DNA of 23,495 bases from Myxococcales bacterium (GCA_045863395.1 BTVJ01000106.1:1-23495), one strand, 5' to 3'. Positions 8,276 through 18,486 are shown, counted from the stretch's first letter. Notes: a model not told the origin generated them from the letters alone. Translations and numbers: made by a program.

Positions 8276-10675
8276 GTGGCACAGATCGACGTCAGGGGCT
8301 TCATCGAGGACAGGCTGGCGGAGCGGTGCGCCGCCACGTTTCAAGGGCGCGGGGACGGGACGCGGGTCGTCGTGCTCGCGGGCGACTCGGCGGCGCGCCG
8401 TGAGCAGGCGTTCACGGAGCTGGTGGCCAAGGTCCCCGGGCGGCCGCGGGTCCTGCACGTAGATGTGGCGAGCTCCTGCGTAGCGCCAACCCGCTGGCCC
8501 GATGCCTTCCGGGAGCTCCACGCCGAGGCCCACGGGCGTGGCGTGGCCCTGGCCACCGGCCTCGGGCTCGGCGGACTCGCGCCGGCGCTCCAGCTGATCG
8601 AGTCCCTCACGCCGCCCCCGTCGGACGCCCCCGTCGATGCGGCGCGCCTGACCTCCCTGCTCGCCGACAAGGCCAAGGACCCGACCTTCCTGCGCCTGAC
8701 CAACCTGGATCACGGCTCCTACCTGTGGCTGTCCCTCGCCGGGGCTTGGGGCCGCCTCGTCCGCTCGCGCTCGCTGCGCCTGGTGATCGTCGCCGAGACC
8801 GGCGCCGAGCTCGCCACCGACGCCACCAACGGGAGCCGCCCGGTCCAGCACCAGTGGCTCGACGACGGCCTGGGTGGCCTGACCGTCGTCCGCGTCCCCT
8901 CCGCCCCCCGCGGCACCGAGCTCCCCGACGCGGAGCTGCCCGGCACCAGCGCGGCGGCGGTGCTCTACGGCGGCGCGCTCGTCGGCGACGTGTTCCCCGT
9001 GCGGCCCGTCCTCGACGCCCTCGGCCTGGGCGCCGACGCAGACGCGGACGCGGTGGTGGATGCCCTGGACGACGGCCTGGCGGACGACGAGGACGGCGCG
9101 ATCCTCGCCGACGTGGGCGCCAAGGACCACCTCTGGGAGCCGCTGATGGCCTACCGCTTCAAGGACCCGGCGCTACACGACGCAGCTCTGGCGACGCCGC
9201 CGGCCGACGCGACGGTGCTCGCCGGCCGCCTGGCGGACGCCGTCCTGCGCCGCCTCCCACGGCGCGGCCCGGGGACGACCATGCTGGCCGCGCGCCTGCG
9301 AAACCGAGCCCTCCAGCCCGACCAGGCGTCCGAGGTCATCGCCGCGGACCTGTTCGGGCAGCCCATCGAGCTCGTAGAGGAGCTGGACCCGGCCTTCATC
9401 GGCGCGGTGCTCGCCGCGGCCCCCCGCCCGACCGTCCTCGGGGTCGCCGGGTGGACCGCCGTCCGCGCCATGCCTCCGCAGGTGGGACTGCGCCTTCTCG
9501 ACGCCCTGGATCGCGCCCTTGCGACGCTCTCGGCCCCCCCGAAGGACGTGCGCGCCATGGTCCTGGCGGGCCGCGCCCACTGTCGCTGCGCCGCCAACGA
9601 AGGGGCGGCGGCCCTCGAGGCCGTCGAGGCCGCCCGGAAGTTCGCCACCGACGAGGCGCTCGGCGACTGGGAGCTGCCGCTTCTTGCGCTCCACTCCCGC
9701 GCCCTGCTCATCGAGCGCCGGCTCGACGAGGCGGAGCGCGTCGCCAGGGCGACCATCCACCGCGCCGAGCAGCTCCGCCAGCGCTCCCACGTCGGCCGCG
9801 CCAAGATGGAGATCGCCACGTCGCAGCTCCTGCGCAAGGACCAGAAGGCCGCACTCCAGACGCTGCAGGAGGCCCTCGGCGCCTTCCAGCAGGCGGGGGA
9901 CAAGGGCGGGCAGGCAGACGTGCACATGCAGCTCGCCCAAGCCGAGGTCGCCCGCCAGAGCCCCCAGAAGGCCGACGAGCACTTCGCCAAGGCAGCCCAG
10001 CTCGCCCGGGAGGGCAACGCGCCGCTCACCTTCGTCGTGGCAATGCGCGCGCGCGGCCGCATGCGCCTCACGCAGCAGGGGGCCGCGGAGGCCGTCCAAC
10101 TCCTCGGGCCCGCCGCGCAGGCGGCGGGGCAGATCGGGCAGATCCCGCTGGCCGCCGACATCCTGGAGGACCTGGCCAGCGCCGCGGTCCTGAGCAACCA
10201 GGCGCAGCAGGCGCAGGGGGCCCTCATCGAGTCGCTGCGGCTGCGGCAGGCCATGCAGCACGTCCCCGGTCAGGCGCGGGTCCTCGCCCGGCTGGCCCTC
10301 GCCTTCGTGATGGGCGGCGACGTGGCGCAGGCGAGCCGCGCCATCGACCAGTCCCTCTCGCTCCACCCCGACGGGGAGGGCGCGCTCCAGTGCTGGCAGC
10401 TCCGCGGCATGATCGCGCTCCAGCAGAGCCGCCTCGAGGAGGCCAAGGCCGCCGTGGAGCAGGCGCTCCGCATCGCGCCGCCGGACGCGGCGCCGCTCCG
10501 TGCCCAGCTCATGATCAACCTGTCGCTCGTGCTCCAGCGGATGGGCGACGAGGCCGGCTCCAGCGCCCTGCGCGCGGAGGCCCAGGCGCTCGCGCCAGAC
10601 CTCCAGCAGAGCGCAGGCACCATGAGCATCACGTTTCCGCCGACCGGCGGGGACGGCTCCTCGTCCACCGCCTGA
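8276..10675 (+). CDS. Tetratricopeptide-repeat protein with an N-terminal degenerate AAA/STAND-like domain
   Basis: AGGAGG RBS then GTG 8276. The C-terminal half has MalT-like TPR helices (e.g. ALQTLQEALGAFQQAGDKGGQADVHMQLAQ). The N-terminal half follows the AAA_16/STAND layout but with degraded Walker motifs. Confidence 0.8.
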   Translation: MAQIDVRGFIEDRLAERCAATFQGRGDGTRVVVLAGDSAARREQAFTELVAKVPGRPRVLHVDVASSCVAPTRWPDAFRELHAEAHGRGVALATGLGLGGLAPALQLIESLTPPPSDAPVDAARLTSLLADKAKDPTFLRLTNLDHGSYLWLSLAGAWGRLVRSRSLRLVIVAETGAELATDATNGSRPVQHQWLDDGLGGLTVVRVPSAPRGTELPDAELPGTSAAAVLYGGALVGDVFPVRPVLDALGLGADADADAVVDALDDGLADDEDGAILADVGAKDHLWEPLMAYRFKDPALHDAALATPPADATVLAGRLADAVLRRLPRRGPGTTMLAARLRNRALQPDQASEVIAADLFGQPIELVEELDPAFIGAVLAAAPRPTVLGVAGWTAVRAMPPQVGLRLLDALDRALATLSAPPKDVRAMVLAGRAHCRCAANEGAAALEAVEAARKFATDEALGDWELPLLALHSRALLIERRLDEAERVARATIHRAEQLRQRSHVGRAKMEIATSQLLRKDQKAALQTLQEALGAFQQAGDKGGQADVHMQLAQAEVARQSPQKADEHFAKAAQLAREGNAPLTFVVAMRARGRMRLTQQGAAEAVQLLGPAAQAAGQIGQIPLAADILEDLASAAVLSNQAQQAQGALIESLRLRQAMQHVPGQARVLARLALAFVMGGDVAQASRAIDQSLSLHPDGEGALQCWQLRGMIALQQSRLEEAKAAVEQALRIAPPDAAPLRAQLMINLSLVLQRMGDEAGSSALRAEAQALAPDLQQSAGTMSITFPPTGGDGSSSTA

Positions 10676-10684
10676 CACCGGTCC

Positions 10685-12133
10685 TCAGGGGCACCGACCA
10701 AAGCAGGCTCCAGCCGCACCGAGGCACGCTGCGTCGCTCGCCGCGCACGCGGCGCGCGTCGCGAGGCACGCGCCGCGGCACAGGGCCGGGTTGTGCGCGG
10801 CGCCACCCTTGGACGGCAGCACCGCCGCCACGGCGTCCAGGGCCGCCCTCAGCTCCTTGCGGCCGTCACGGGCGTCCACGATCTCTGGGGGGAGCACCGC
10901 CGCCAGGCGGGGCAGGCCTGCCAGCGCGTCCAGCTCCGCCAGCGCCCCCTCGTCGTCCCTGGCCTTCCAGGCGCGCCGGGCGGCGGCCAGGTGCACCAGC
11001 GCCGCTGCCGTCGACACCCCGAGGCGCAGCTCGGTCAGATCCGGCCCCTGCGAGGCGAGGCCCTCCAGGGAGCCGAGCAGCGCCGCCGCGTCGTCGGCCC
11101 GCCCAGCATCCACGAGGGGCGCGACGAGCTGCGCGGCGCGAGCGAGCAGCGGAGCGCGCTCAGCGGCGGACACCCGCTCAAGCTCGGGGAGCAGCGCCCG
11201 CACGCGCACCAAACGGTCGGAGGTGGGCTCTGGCACCGGGGCCGTTCCCAGGGCGGCCTCCATGAGCAGGGGCGCGACGATGGGGTCGGCCCCGCCGAGG
11301 CGCCCGAGCAGGGGCCCCAGGTCCGCGACACACTGCGCCTCCGGTGCGCCCAGGTCGCGGCGGCAGGCAGCGACGCGTTCGCCAAGCAGGGCTCCGTCCA
11401 TGACGCGAACACCCCGGGCGCTCACCACCACGAGCCGCGGCCCGTCCAGGGAGACGCGCGTGGGCTGCTCCTCCGCCGGCAGCCACGCCGCCACGTCCGG
11501 CCCGATGACCAGCAGGCGCCCGCCCACAGGGCTCACGGGATAGGCCACCTCGGCAGGCGCGGCAGGCGCGCTGGGCACGGGCTCCCGCACCCGGCCCGTG
11601 CTCCAGTCCACGGGCACAATCAGGCCGTCGGGCGCGCGCACGTAGATGCGCTCGCCGTCGGCGGTCGCCGACGTTGCGCCCGGCACCTGCGCCCACTGGG
11701 GCCACCGGAGCGCCCCGTCGCCCAGACCGACGACCGCTACCTGGCGCGGATCCGGCCCGAAGCCGGCGACGACGGCCGCGTCGGGACCCAGGTGCAGCAG
11801 GCGCTGCCCCGTCAGTGGATACACCCACCGCAGGGAGCCGTCGGCACCGTCGAACAAGCGCAGATCGTCCGCCTGCACCAGCACGTGCTCCCCCCGCCGC
11901 TCCAGACGCTCGACCGCCCCGCCGGGGCGCTCCCGCCACAGGATCCGCTGGTGGGCCGGGTCCACGCAGGCCACGTCCCCCTCCCCGAGCTGCACCACCA
12001 CCCGCTCCCCGAGCACGAACGCCCGCACCACGGTGACGTCCCGCGCCTCGTAGGCGAGGCCGCCCTCGTAGAGCCGCGGCTCGGCCCACGCCACGTGGGT
12101 GAGCAGACACAGGATCACGAGCACCTTGAACAT
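10685..12133 (-). CDS. Secreted PQQ-like/BamB-type beta-propeller protein with a helical C-terminal region
   Basis: GGAGGT RBS, signal peptide MFKVLVILCLLTHVAWA, and blade motifs VACVDPAHQRILW, LFDGADGSLRW, VGLGDGALRW and VDWSTGRV. Confidence 0.75.
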   Translation of the reverse strand: MFKVLVILCLLTHVAWAEPRLYEGGLAYEARDVTVVRAFVLGERVVVQLGEGDVACVDPAHQRILWRERPGGAVERLERRGEHVLVQADDLRLFDGADGSLRWVYPLTGQRLLHLGPDAAVVAGFGPDPRQVAVVGLGDGALRWPQWAQVPGATSATADGERIYVRAPDGLIVPVDWSTGRVREPVPSAPAAPAEVAYPVSPVGGRLLVIGPDVAAWLPAEEQPTRVSLDGPRLVVVSARGVRVMDGALLGERVAACRRDLGAPEAQCVADLGPLLGRLGGADPIVAPLLMEAALGTAPVPEPTSDRLVRVRALLPELERVSAAERAPLLARAAQLVAPLVDAGRADDAAALLGSLEGLASQGPDLTELRLGVSTAAALVHLAAARRAWKARDDEGALAELDALAGLPRLAAVLPPEIVDARDGRKELRAALDAVAAVLPSKGGAAHNPALCRGACLATRAACAASDAACLGAAGACFGRCP

Positions 12134-12235
12134 GGGGCACCTCCAGGGCCCCCAGGCTCAGGGAGCCCCCCTCCCGTGTCAAGCCTGGCGTCGTCACCCA
12201 ACCGCCGGAATCTTCGAGCATCACCCGGCGGTGGG

Positions 12236-12265
12236 TAGACCGCAGGCGCCCTCCCGGTCTATAGT
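12236..12265 (+). promoter_or_regulatory. Putative sigma70 promoter for fbaB
   Basis: TAGACC-N18-TATAGT in the divergent intergenic region. Confidence 0.4.
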
Positions 12266-12310
12266 CGCGCCGGCTTTGCAGGTTTGGAGCACCGAATCAG
12301 GAGGATGACC

Positions 12311-13369
<1,059 letters not shown>

Positions 13370-13474
13370 CCCCGAGCCGCGCGCCGTCGCCCCTCTGGCG
13401 CTCGAGCCCCATTCCGTGCACCATTCCACCGCCCCCCCAGCGTCTCGGCTCCGCAGGGACGACCCGCGGGGCTC

Positions 13475-13499
13475 GAACTTCGACGAGCGCGCGCCCGTT
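13475..13499 (+). promoter_or_regulatory. Possible ECF-sigma promoter for the Cys-rich lipoprotein operon
   Basis: GAAC-N17-CGTT, about 55 nt upstream of GTG 13553. The motif is short, so support is weak. Confidence 0.2.
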
Positions 13500-13552
13500 G
13501 GTGAACGGACACGCAGGACGGCGGGCGCCGCATCGGACCTGGTCGGAGGACC

Positions 13553-14029
13553 GTGAGAGGATCGCGAGATCGAACCCGCGCCTGGCTCGCGCTGCTGGCC
13601 GTCCTGGGCCTGCTCGTGGAGGCGTGCTTGGAGACGGTGACCATCGAGGGCCTGGCCTGCGACGCGACGCACACCTGCGGCGACGGGCTGGCGTGCGTGG
13701 AGGGGTTCTGCCGCCGGCCGCGCGCCACCCCCGGGGTCGGCTGCGACGGCCCAGGAGACTGCCCCGTGGGCGTGTGCTTCCAGGAGGCGGGCGTCTGCGT
13801 GGCCTGCGCCGTAGACTCCGACTGCGCGGCGGGCGTCTGCCTGGACTACGTCTGCGTCAACTGCCGCGAGGATGATGACTGCGCGACCCGACGGTGCGAC
13901 GAGGCGACGAGCACCTGCCTCTCCTGCAAGTCGGACCCGCAGTGCGCGAGCGGCTACTGTGACGAGGAGTCTGGCATCTGCGCTCCTCCCAAGCTGACCC
14001 GGACCCCCGGTGAGGGGACGACACCGTGA
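13553..14029 (+). CDS. Small cysteine-rich putative lipoprotein (CxxDxDC-type repeats)
   Basis: GGAGGA RBS then GTG. Hydrophobic segment ending LLVEA-C, followed by repeated CAVDSDC, CREDDDC and CKSDPQC units. Confidence 0.8.
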   Translation: MRGSRDRTRAWLALLAVLGLLVEACLETVTIEGLACDATHTCGDGLACVEGFCRRPRATPGVGCDGPGDCPVGVCFQEAGVCVACAVDSDCAAGVCLDYVCVNCREDDDCATRRCDEATSTCLSCKSDPQCASGYCDEESGICAPPKLTRTPGEGTTP

Positions 14030-17000
14030 TGAAGAATCGACGATGGGCGGTGATCCTGATCGTGCTCGCCGCCTGCGACCAGGGGGGCGACGCGACGGTG
14101 CAGCCCGAGACCGACGGCGCTGGGGTCGTCGCGGACGGCCAGCCCGGCATCGACCCCCCGAAGGGCACGTGCACCTCCGACGGAGACTGCCCCAGCGGGA
14201 GCGGGTGCTTCCCGGCCACCGGCCTGTGCGAGCCGAAGTGCGACGAGGACGGCACCTGTCAGGAGGGGCGCACCTGCGACGTGAAGACGTCGCTCTGCGT
14301 GCGATGCGCCAGCGATGCGGACTGCAAGGGCGTCGGCGTCTGCCACCCCGTGGAGCGCGCCTGCGTCCAGTGCCTGGCCGACGCCGACTGCAAGGGGAAG
14401 GGGTTCTGCGACTCCGCTACGCTCCAGTGCCGCGGCTGCTGGCTCGACTCCCAGTGCGCGACGGGCGTGTGCGCCAAGGAGCAGGGCGTGTGCGTGGAGT
14501 GCAGAGCCGACTCGGACTGCCCGTCCGGGGCGTGCAACGTGGCCGTCGGCGGGTGCATCGGCTGCGGGACCGACGCCGAGTGCGACGACGAGGACCCGTG
14601 CACCGTCGACCGCTGCGAGCAGAAGATCTGCACGAACACCGTGACCGAGGGCCTCTCCTGCGACGACGGCGACCCGTGCACCTCTGGAGATCACTGCGCC
14701 GAGGGCCTGTGTGCCGGGAAGGCCACCCCCGGGTGCGGCCCGCCGGTCTGCGTCGCCGACTCCGACTGCATCGACGAGCCCTGCGGGACCTGCGCCGCCG
14801 GCCAGTGCTCCTACCAGCAGGACCCGCTCACCTGCGCGAGCGACGCGGACTGCCAGGACGACGTCTGCGCCACAGCCGCCTGCGTGGCCACGGCCTGCGG
14901 GGGCACCATGTGCAGCCTGACCCCCAGGCCCGGCTGCGAGTGCGCCACCGCCGACCACTGCCCTGCGAAGGAGGGCGCCTGCCTGACGGCCTGCGATGCC
15001 GGCAAGTGCGTCTATGAGCCCTTCATCGACGCCTGCGCGGCGGGATGCCCGACCCCAGCCCAGTGCGCCGCCACGACCTGCGCGAACACGTCCTGCGGAA
15101 CGGCCTGCGTCACCGCCCCAGTGCCCGGGTGCGTCCCCTGCGACGGGGACGGCGGCTGCAACGACGGCAACCCCTGTACGGCGGACGTGTGCGACCCAGC
15201 CGCCGGGTGTGTACACGTGCCTCAGGGGGGCGCCTGCGACGACGGCGACCTGTGCACGAAGGGGGACGCCTGCGGCGGCGGCGCGTGCATGCCCGGCACC
15301 CCGGTCGCGTGCGACGACGGCAACCCCTGCACCAAGGACGCCTGTGAGCCGAAGCTCGGGTGCTCCCACGTCCCGCTGACAGGTCCCTGCGACGACGGAG
15401 ACCCCTGCTCCACAGGAGACGCCTGCCAGGGTGGCGTCTGCACGCCAGGCAAGCCACTGCCGTGCAACGACGGCAACCCGTGCACCCTCGACCTCTGCAT
15501 CGCCGGCAGCGGGTGCTCCCACGAGCCCACGGTCGGCCCCTGCGACGATGGTGACTCCTGCACCGTGGGAGACGGCTGCAAGGGCGGCGCCTGCGTCGCC
15601 GGCACCCCAGAACCCTGTGACGACGGGGTGGCATGCACCCTGGACGCCTGCATCGCGGCAACCGGCTGCACCCACCAACCGGTGCACGCCAAGTGCGACG
15701 ACGGCAACCCTTGCACCCAGGACACGTGCACCAATGGGGGCTGCGCCTACGAGCCACTGGTGAGCTCCTGCGACGACGGCGACCCGTGCACGTCCGGCGA
15801 CGCCTGCAAGGAGGGCAAGTGCCAGGGGGGACTCCCGGTGGTGTGCGACGACGGCAACCCATGCACCCAGGACGAGTGCGTGGGGGCCAAGGGCTGCGCC
15901 TCCTGGCCCATCTCGGTGCCCTGCGACGACGGGGACCCATGCACCACCATGGACGCTTGCAGCGGCGGCGCGTGCGTGCCGGGCCCGAAGCTCCCCGGCT
16001 GCGCGCAGTGCGTCGGCGCCACCCCCTGCGACGACGGGAACCCCTGCACCGCCGACGGGTGCGGCCCGGATGGCACCTGCACCCACGAGGCGGCGCCGGG
16101 GCCCTGCGACGACGGAGAGCCCTGCACCACGGGGGACTCATGTAGCGGGGGCACCTGCAAAGGTGGCCCGCTCTCCTGTGACGACGGCGATCCATGCACC
16201 CAAGACACCTGCGCGGCGGGCGCGGGCTGCGCCTTCACACCGCTGCACGCCACCCCCTGCGACGACGGGGACGCCTGCACGAAGCCGGACACGTGCGCGA
16301 GCGGCGTCTGCAAGGGCGGCGCCTCGGTGCTCTGCAACGACGGCGACCCCTGCACCGACGACGCCTGCGCCCAGCTCAAGGGCTGCACGTTCACGCAGAA
16401 GACCGGGGGCGCCTGCGACGACGGCAACGCCTGCACGACGGGCGACACCTGCGTGACCGGCATCTGCGCCGGTGGGCCCGCGCCGAAGTGCGACGACGGC
16501 AACCCCTGCACGGCGGACACCTGCGACAAGCTGAAGGGCTGCGTCCACACCCCGCTCGACGGCCTGCCGTGCAGCGACGGAGACCCATGCACGGCGGGGG
16601 ACCTCTGCATGGGCGGCGTCTGCCAGCCCGGCCCCACCCTGCCCTGCTTCGACGGCAACCCCTGCACCAAGGACGACTGCACGCCAGGCGTCGGGTGCAC
16701 CAACGCTGCCCTGAGCGGAGCCTGCAACGACGGAGACGCCTGCACCTCCCTCGACACCTGCGTCGCCACCCTCTGCAAGGGCCAGGTGCTCGCCTGCGAC
16801 GACGGCAACCCGTGCACCAAGGACTGGTGCGACAAGGTGCTGGGGTGCCTGCACGAGCCCTTGGACGGCGGCCTGTGCGGCGACGCCAACCCGTGCACGA
16901 CGGGCGGGGTGTGCAAGGGCGGTCTCTGCGTCGACCAGAAGACTGTCGACTGCACCGACAAGGACCCCTGCACCTTCGACGCCTGCGACCTGGTGACGGG

Positions 17001-18486
17001 CGCTTGCGTCTACAAGCCGGCGAGCGGCGCGGCCTGCGACGACGGGGACCCCTGCACGGCCAAGGACCAGTGCGCGGACGGCAAGTGCAAAGGGGCGCCG
17101 CTCCTGTGCAACGACGGCAACCCCTGCACCAAGGACGCATGTGTGGACGGCGGGTGCGTGGTCGTCGCCTTCCCGGACGGAGACCCCTGCGACGACCAGG
17201 ACCCCTGCACCAGCAAGGATGTGTGCAAGGGCGGCTTCTGCAGCGGCACGACGTCGGCGGGGGCTTGCTGCCACCCGGCGACCTGCGGAGACGGCGTCTG
17301 CGACCCAGCCTGCGAGTCGACCACGGCCTGCCCGCAGGACTGCGCTGGGTGCGACCCTCCGGCGCCCGCCTGCCCGACGGGGCTCAAGCCCTACACTCCC
17401 GCGAGCTCCCCCGCGACCGGCACGTGGGTCGCCGAGTGCCTGGCCGGCACACCGGGCAGCGACACCTACGACGGCGGCCCGGGCGACGACTGGATCGACG
17501 GCGCGGGCGGAGACGACACGTTGAGCGGGGGCCTCGGCGACGACGTTCTCATCGGGGGACCGGGCGCGGACCCCCTGCACGGCGGCGAGGGCCACGACAC
17601 CCTGTACGGCGGTCTCGGCAACGACGTGCTCTCCGGCGACCGCGGCGACGACGTCATCGTAGCCGGCGACGGCGACGACAAGATCCTGGTGGGCCCCGAC
17701 GACGGCAACGACTCCGTCGACGGGGGCTGCGGCTTCGACACCCTGGTGCTCCTCTGCCGCTCCTCCGGTGACCTCGACGTCGGGGGGACCACCTGGAAGC
17801 CGGAGACCGGCAGCGGCGTCCTCGCGTTCCTCGACGGGCAGACCCTGCTCCTGTCCAGCGTGGAGACCCTGGTGTACCAGCCGGCGAGCTGCCCAATGGC
17901 GACGTGCTCCGCCGGCGAGCCCCAGCTCCAGTGCGTGGGCGGCGTCCAGATGGTCGGCGACGACACGGCAGAGGTGTTCAAGGCGGCCGACGGCGCGATC
18001 TGCGTGATGGCGGCGGGGGGAGACGACCAGGTCTACGGCGGCCCGCTCGCAGACGTGATCCACGGCGGATCGGGCAACGACCTGCTCCATGGCGGGGAGG
18101 GCGACGACGCCCTCCACGGCGGCGAGGGCGACGACACCATCGACGGGGGCCCCGGGAACGACCTGCTCCTCGGAGGGCCGGGACTGGACCGCCTGCGAGG
18201 GGGGCCCGGGGACGACACGATCCTGGGCGGTCTCGACGACGACGAGATCCGCGTCGCGCCGTGGGACGGCAACGACCTGATCGACGGCGGGTGCGGCGTG
18301 GACCGGGTGGTGCTGGAGTGCCGAACCTCCTCGGACCTGCACCCGGAGAAGTCGTCCTGGTCCTACAGCCCGTCGGGGGATGGTCGCCTGGTGTTCGCCG
18401 ACGGCCAGGTGCTGGAGCTCCGGTCCGTGGAGCTGCTCTCCCTGGAGGCCGGTGCGAGCTGCCCGAAGCCGGGCGGGACCCCTTGA
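14029..18486 (+). CDS. Giant Cys-rich surface lipoprotein with CxxDxDC repeats, ~29 CDDGxPCT repeats and two RTX/hemolysin-type Ca2+-binding modules
   Basis: TGATG overlap with the upstream gene (GTG 14026 is an alternative start). Lipobox MKNRRWAVILIVLAA-C. Repeats read directly from the translation, with GGxGxDxL nonapeptides at ~17446-18300. Confidence 0.88.
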   Translation: MKNRRWAVILIVLAACDQGGDATVQPETDGAGVVADGQPGIDPPKGTCTSDGDCPSGSGCFPATGLCEPKCDEDGTCQEGRTCDVKTSLCVRCASDADCKGVGVCHPVERACVQCLADADCKGKGFCDSATLQCRGCWLDSQCATGVCAKEQGVCVECRADSDCPSGACNVAVGGCIGCGTDAECDDEDPCTVDRCEQKICTNTVTEGLSCDDGDPCTSGDHCAEGLCAGKATPGCGPPVCVADSDCIDEPCGTCAAGQCSYQQDPLTCASDADCQDDVCATAACVATACGGTMCSLTPRPGCECATADHCPAKEGACLTACDAGKCVYEPFIDACAAGCPTPAQCAATTCANTSCGTACVTAPVPGCVPCDGDGGCNDGNPCTADVCDPAAGCVHVPQGGACDDGDLCTKGDACGGGACMPGTPVACDDGNPCTKDACEPKLGCSHVPLTGPCDDGDPCSTGDACQGGVCTPGKPLPCNDGNPCTLDLCIAGSGCSHEPTVGPCDDGDSCTVGDGCKGGACVAGTPEPCDDGVACTLDACIAATGCTHQPVHAKCDDGNPCTQDTCTNGGCAYEPLVSSCDDGDPCTSGDACKEGKCQGGLPVVCDDGNPCTQDECVGAKGCASWPISVPCDDGDPCTTMDACSGGACVPGPKLPGCAQCVGATPCDDGNPCTADGCGPDGTCTHEAAPGPCDDGEPCTTGDSCSGGTCKGGPLSCDDGDPCTQDTCAAGAGCAFTPLHATPCDDGDACTKPDTCASGVCKGGASVLCNDGDPCTDDACAQLKGCTFTQKTGGACDDGNACTTGDTCVTGICAGGPAPKCDDGNPCTADTCDKLKGCVHTPLDGLPCSDGDPCTAGDLCMGGVCQPGPTLPCFDGNPCTKDDCTPGVGCTNAALSGACNDGDACTSLDTCVATLCKGQVLACDDGNPCTKDWCDKVLGCLHEPLDGGLCGDANPCTTGGVCKGGLCVDQKTVDCTDKDPCTFDACDLVTGACVYKPASGAACDDGDPCTAKDQCADGKCKGAPLLCNDGNPCTKDACVDGGCVVVAFPDGDPCDDQDPCTSKDVCKGGFCSGTTSAGACCHPATCGDGVCDPACESTTACPQDCAGCDPPAPACPTGLKPYTPASSPATGTWVAECLAGTPGSDTYDGGPGDDWIDGAGGDDTLSGGLGDDVLIGGPGADPLHGGEGHDTLYGGLGNDVLSGDRGDDVIVAGDGDDKILVGPDDGNDSVDGGCGFDTLVLLCRSSGDLDVGGTTWKPETGSGVLAFLDGQTLLLSSVETLVYQPASCPMATCSAGEPQLQCVGGVQMVGDDTAEVFKAADGAICVMAAGGDDQVYGGPLADVIHGGSGNDLLHGGEGDDALHGGEGDDTIDGGPGNDLLLGGPGLDRLRGGPGDDTILGGLDDDEIRVAPWDGNDLIDGGCGVDRVVLECRTSSDLHPEKSSWSYSPSGDGRLVFADGQVLELRSVELLSLEAGASCPKPGGTP
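14581..17226 (+). repeat. Array of ~29 C[DN]DG[ND]PCT repeats (Dictyostelium CTDC-like)
   Basis: Counted manually in the translation. The recurrent DNA unit is TGCGACGACGGC[AG]ACCC.TGCAC. Confidence 0.85.
17446..18465 (+). repeat. Two tandem RTX (GGxGxD) Ca2+-binding modules with duplicated caps
   Basis: DGND..DGGCG.D..VL.CR.S.DL...G.L.F.DGQ.L.L.SVE.L....ASCP occurs at 17701 and again at 18265 (564 nt apart). Confidence 0.85.

Noticed and set aside
12154..12182. Perfect TTGACA (minus strand, 12177-12182) upstream of the propeller gene
   Set aside because: No convincing -10 hexamer at 16-18 nt spacing, so it was not called as a promoter.
13402..13476. 9-bp inverted repeat TCGAGCCCC...GGGGCTCGA downstream of fbaB
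   Set aside because: The arms are 57 nt apart and GC-rich with no U-tract. This is plausible by chance and matches no ncRNA or terminator that I recognise.
14029..18486. TraA-like kin-recognition receptor or classical RTX toxin
   Set aside because: There is no C-terminal MYXO-CTERM hydrophobic/basic tail and no adjacent OmpA-domain traB. There is also no pore-forming hydrophobic domain, acyltransferase or T1SS gene.
13990..18486. Similar C-termini (PGEGTTP and PGGTP) of the two Cys-rich proteins as a shared sorting signal
   Set aside because: The similarity is more simply explained by purine-rich RBS-like sequences and stop/start overlaps for the next gene constraining the last codons.
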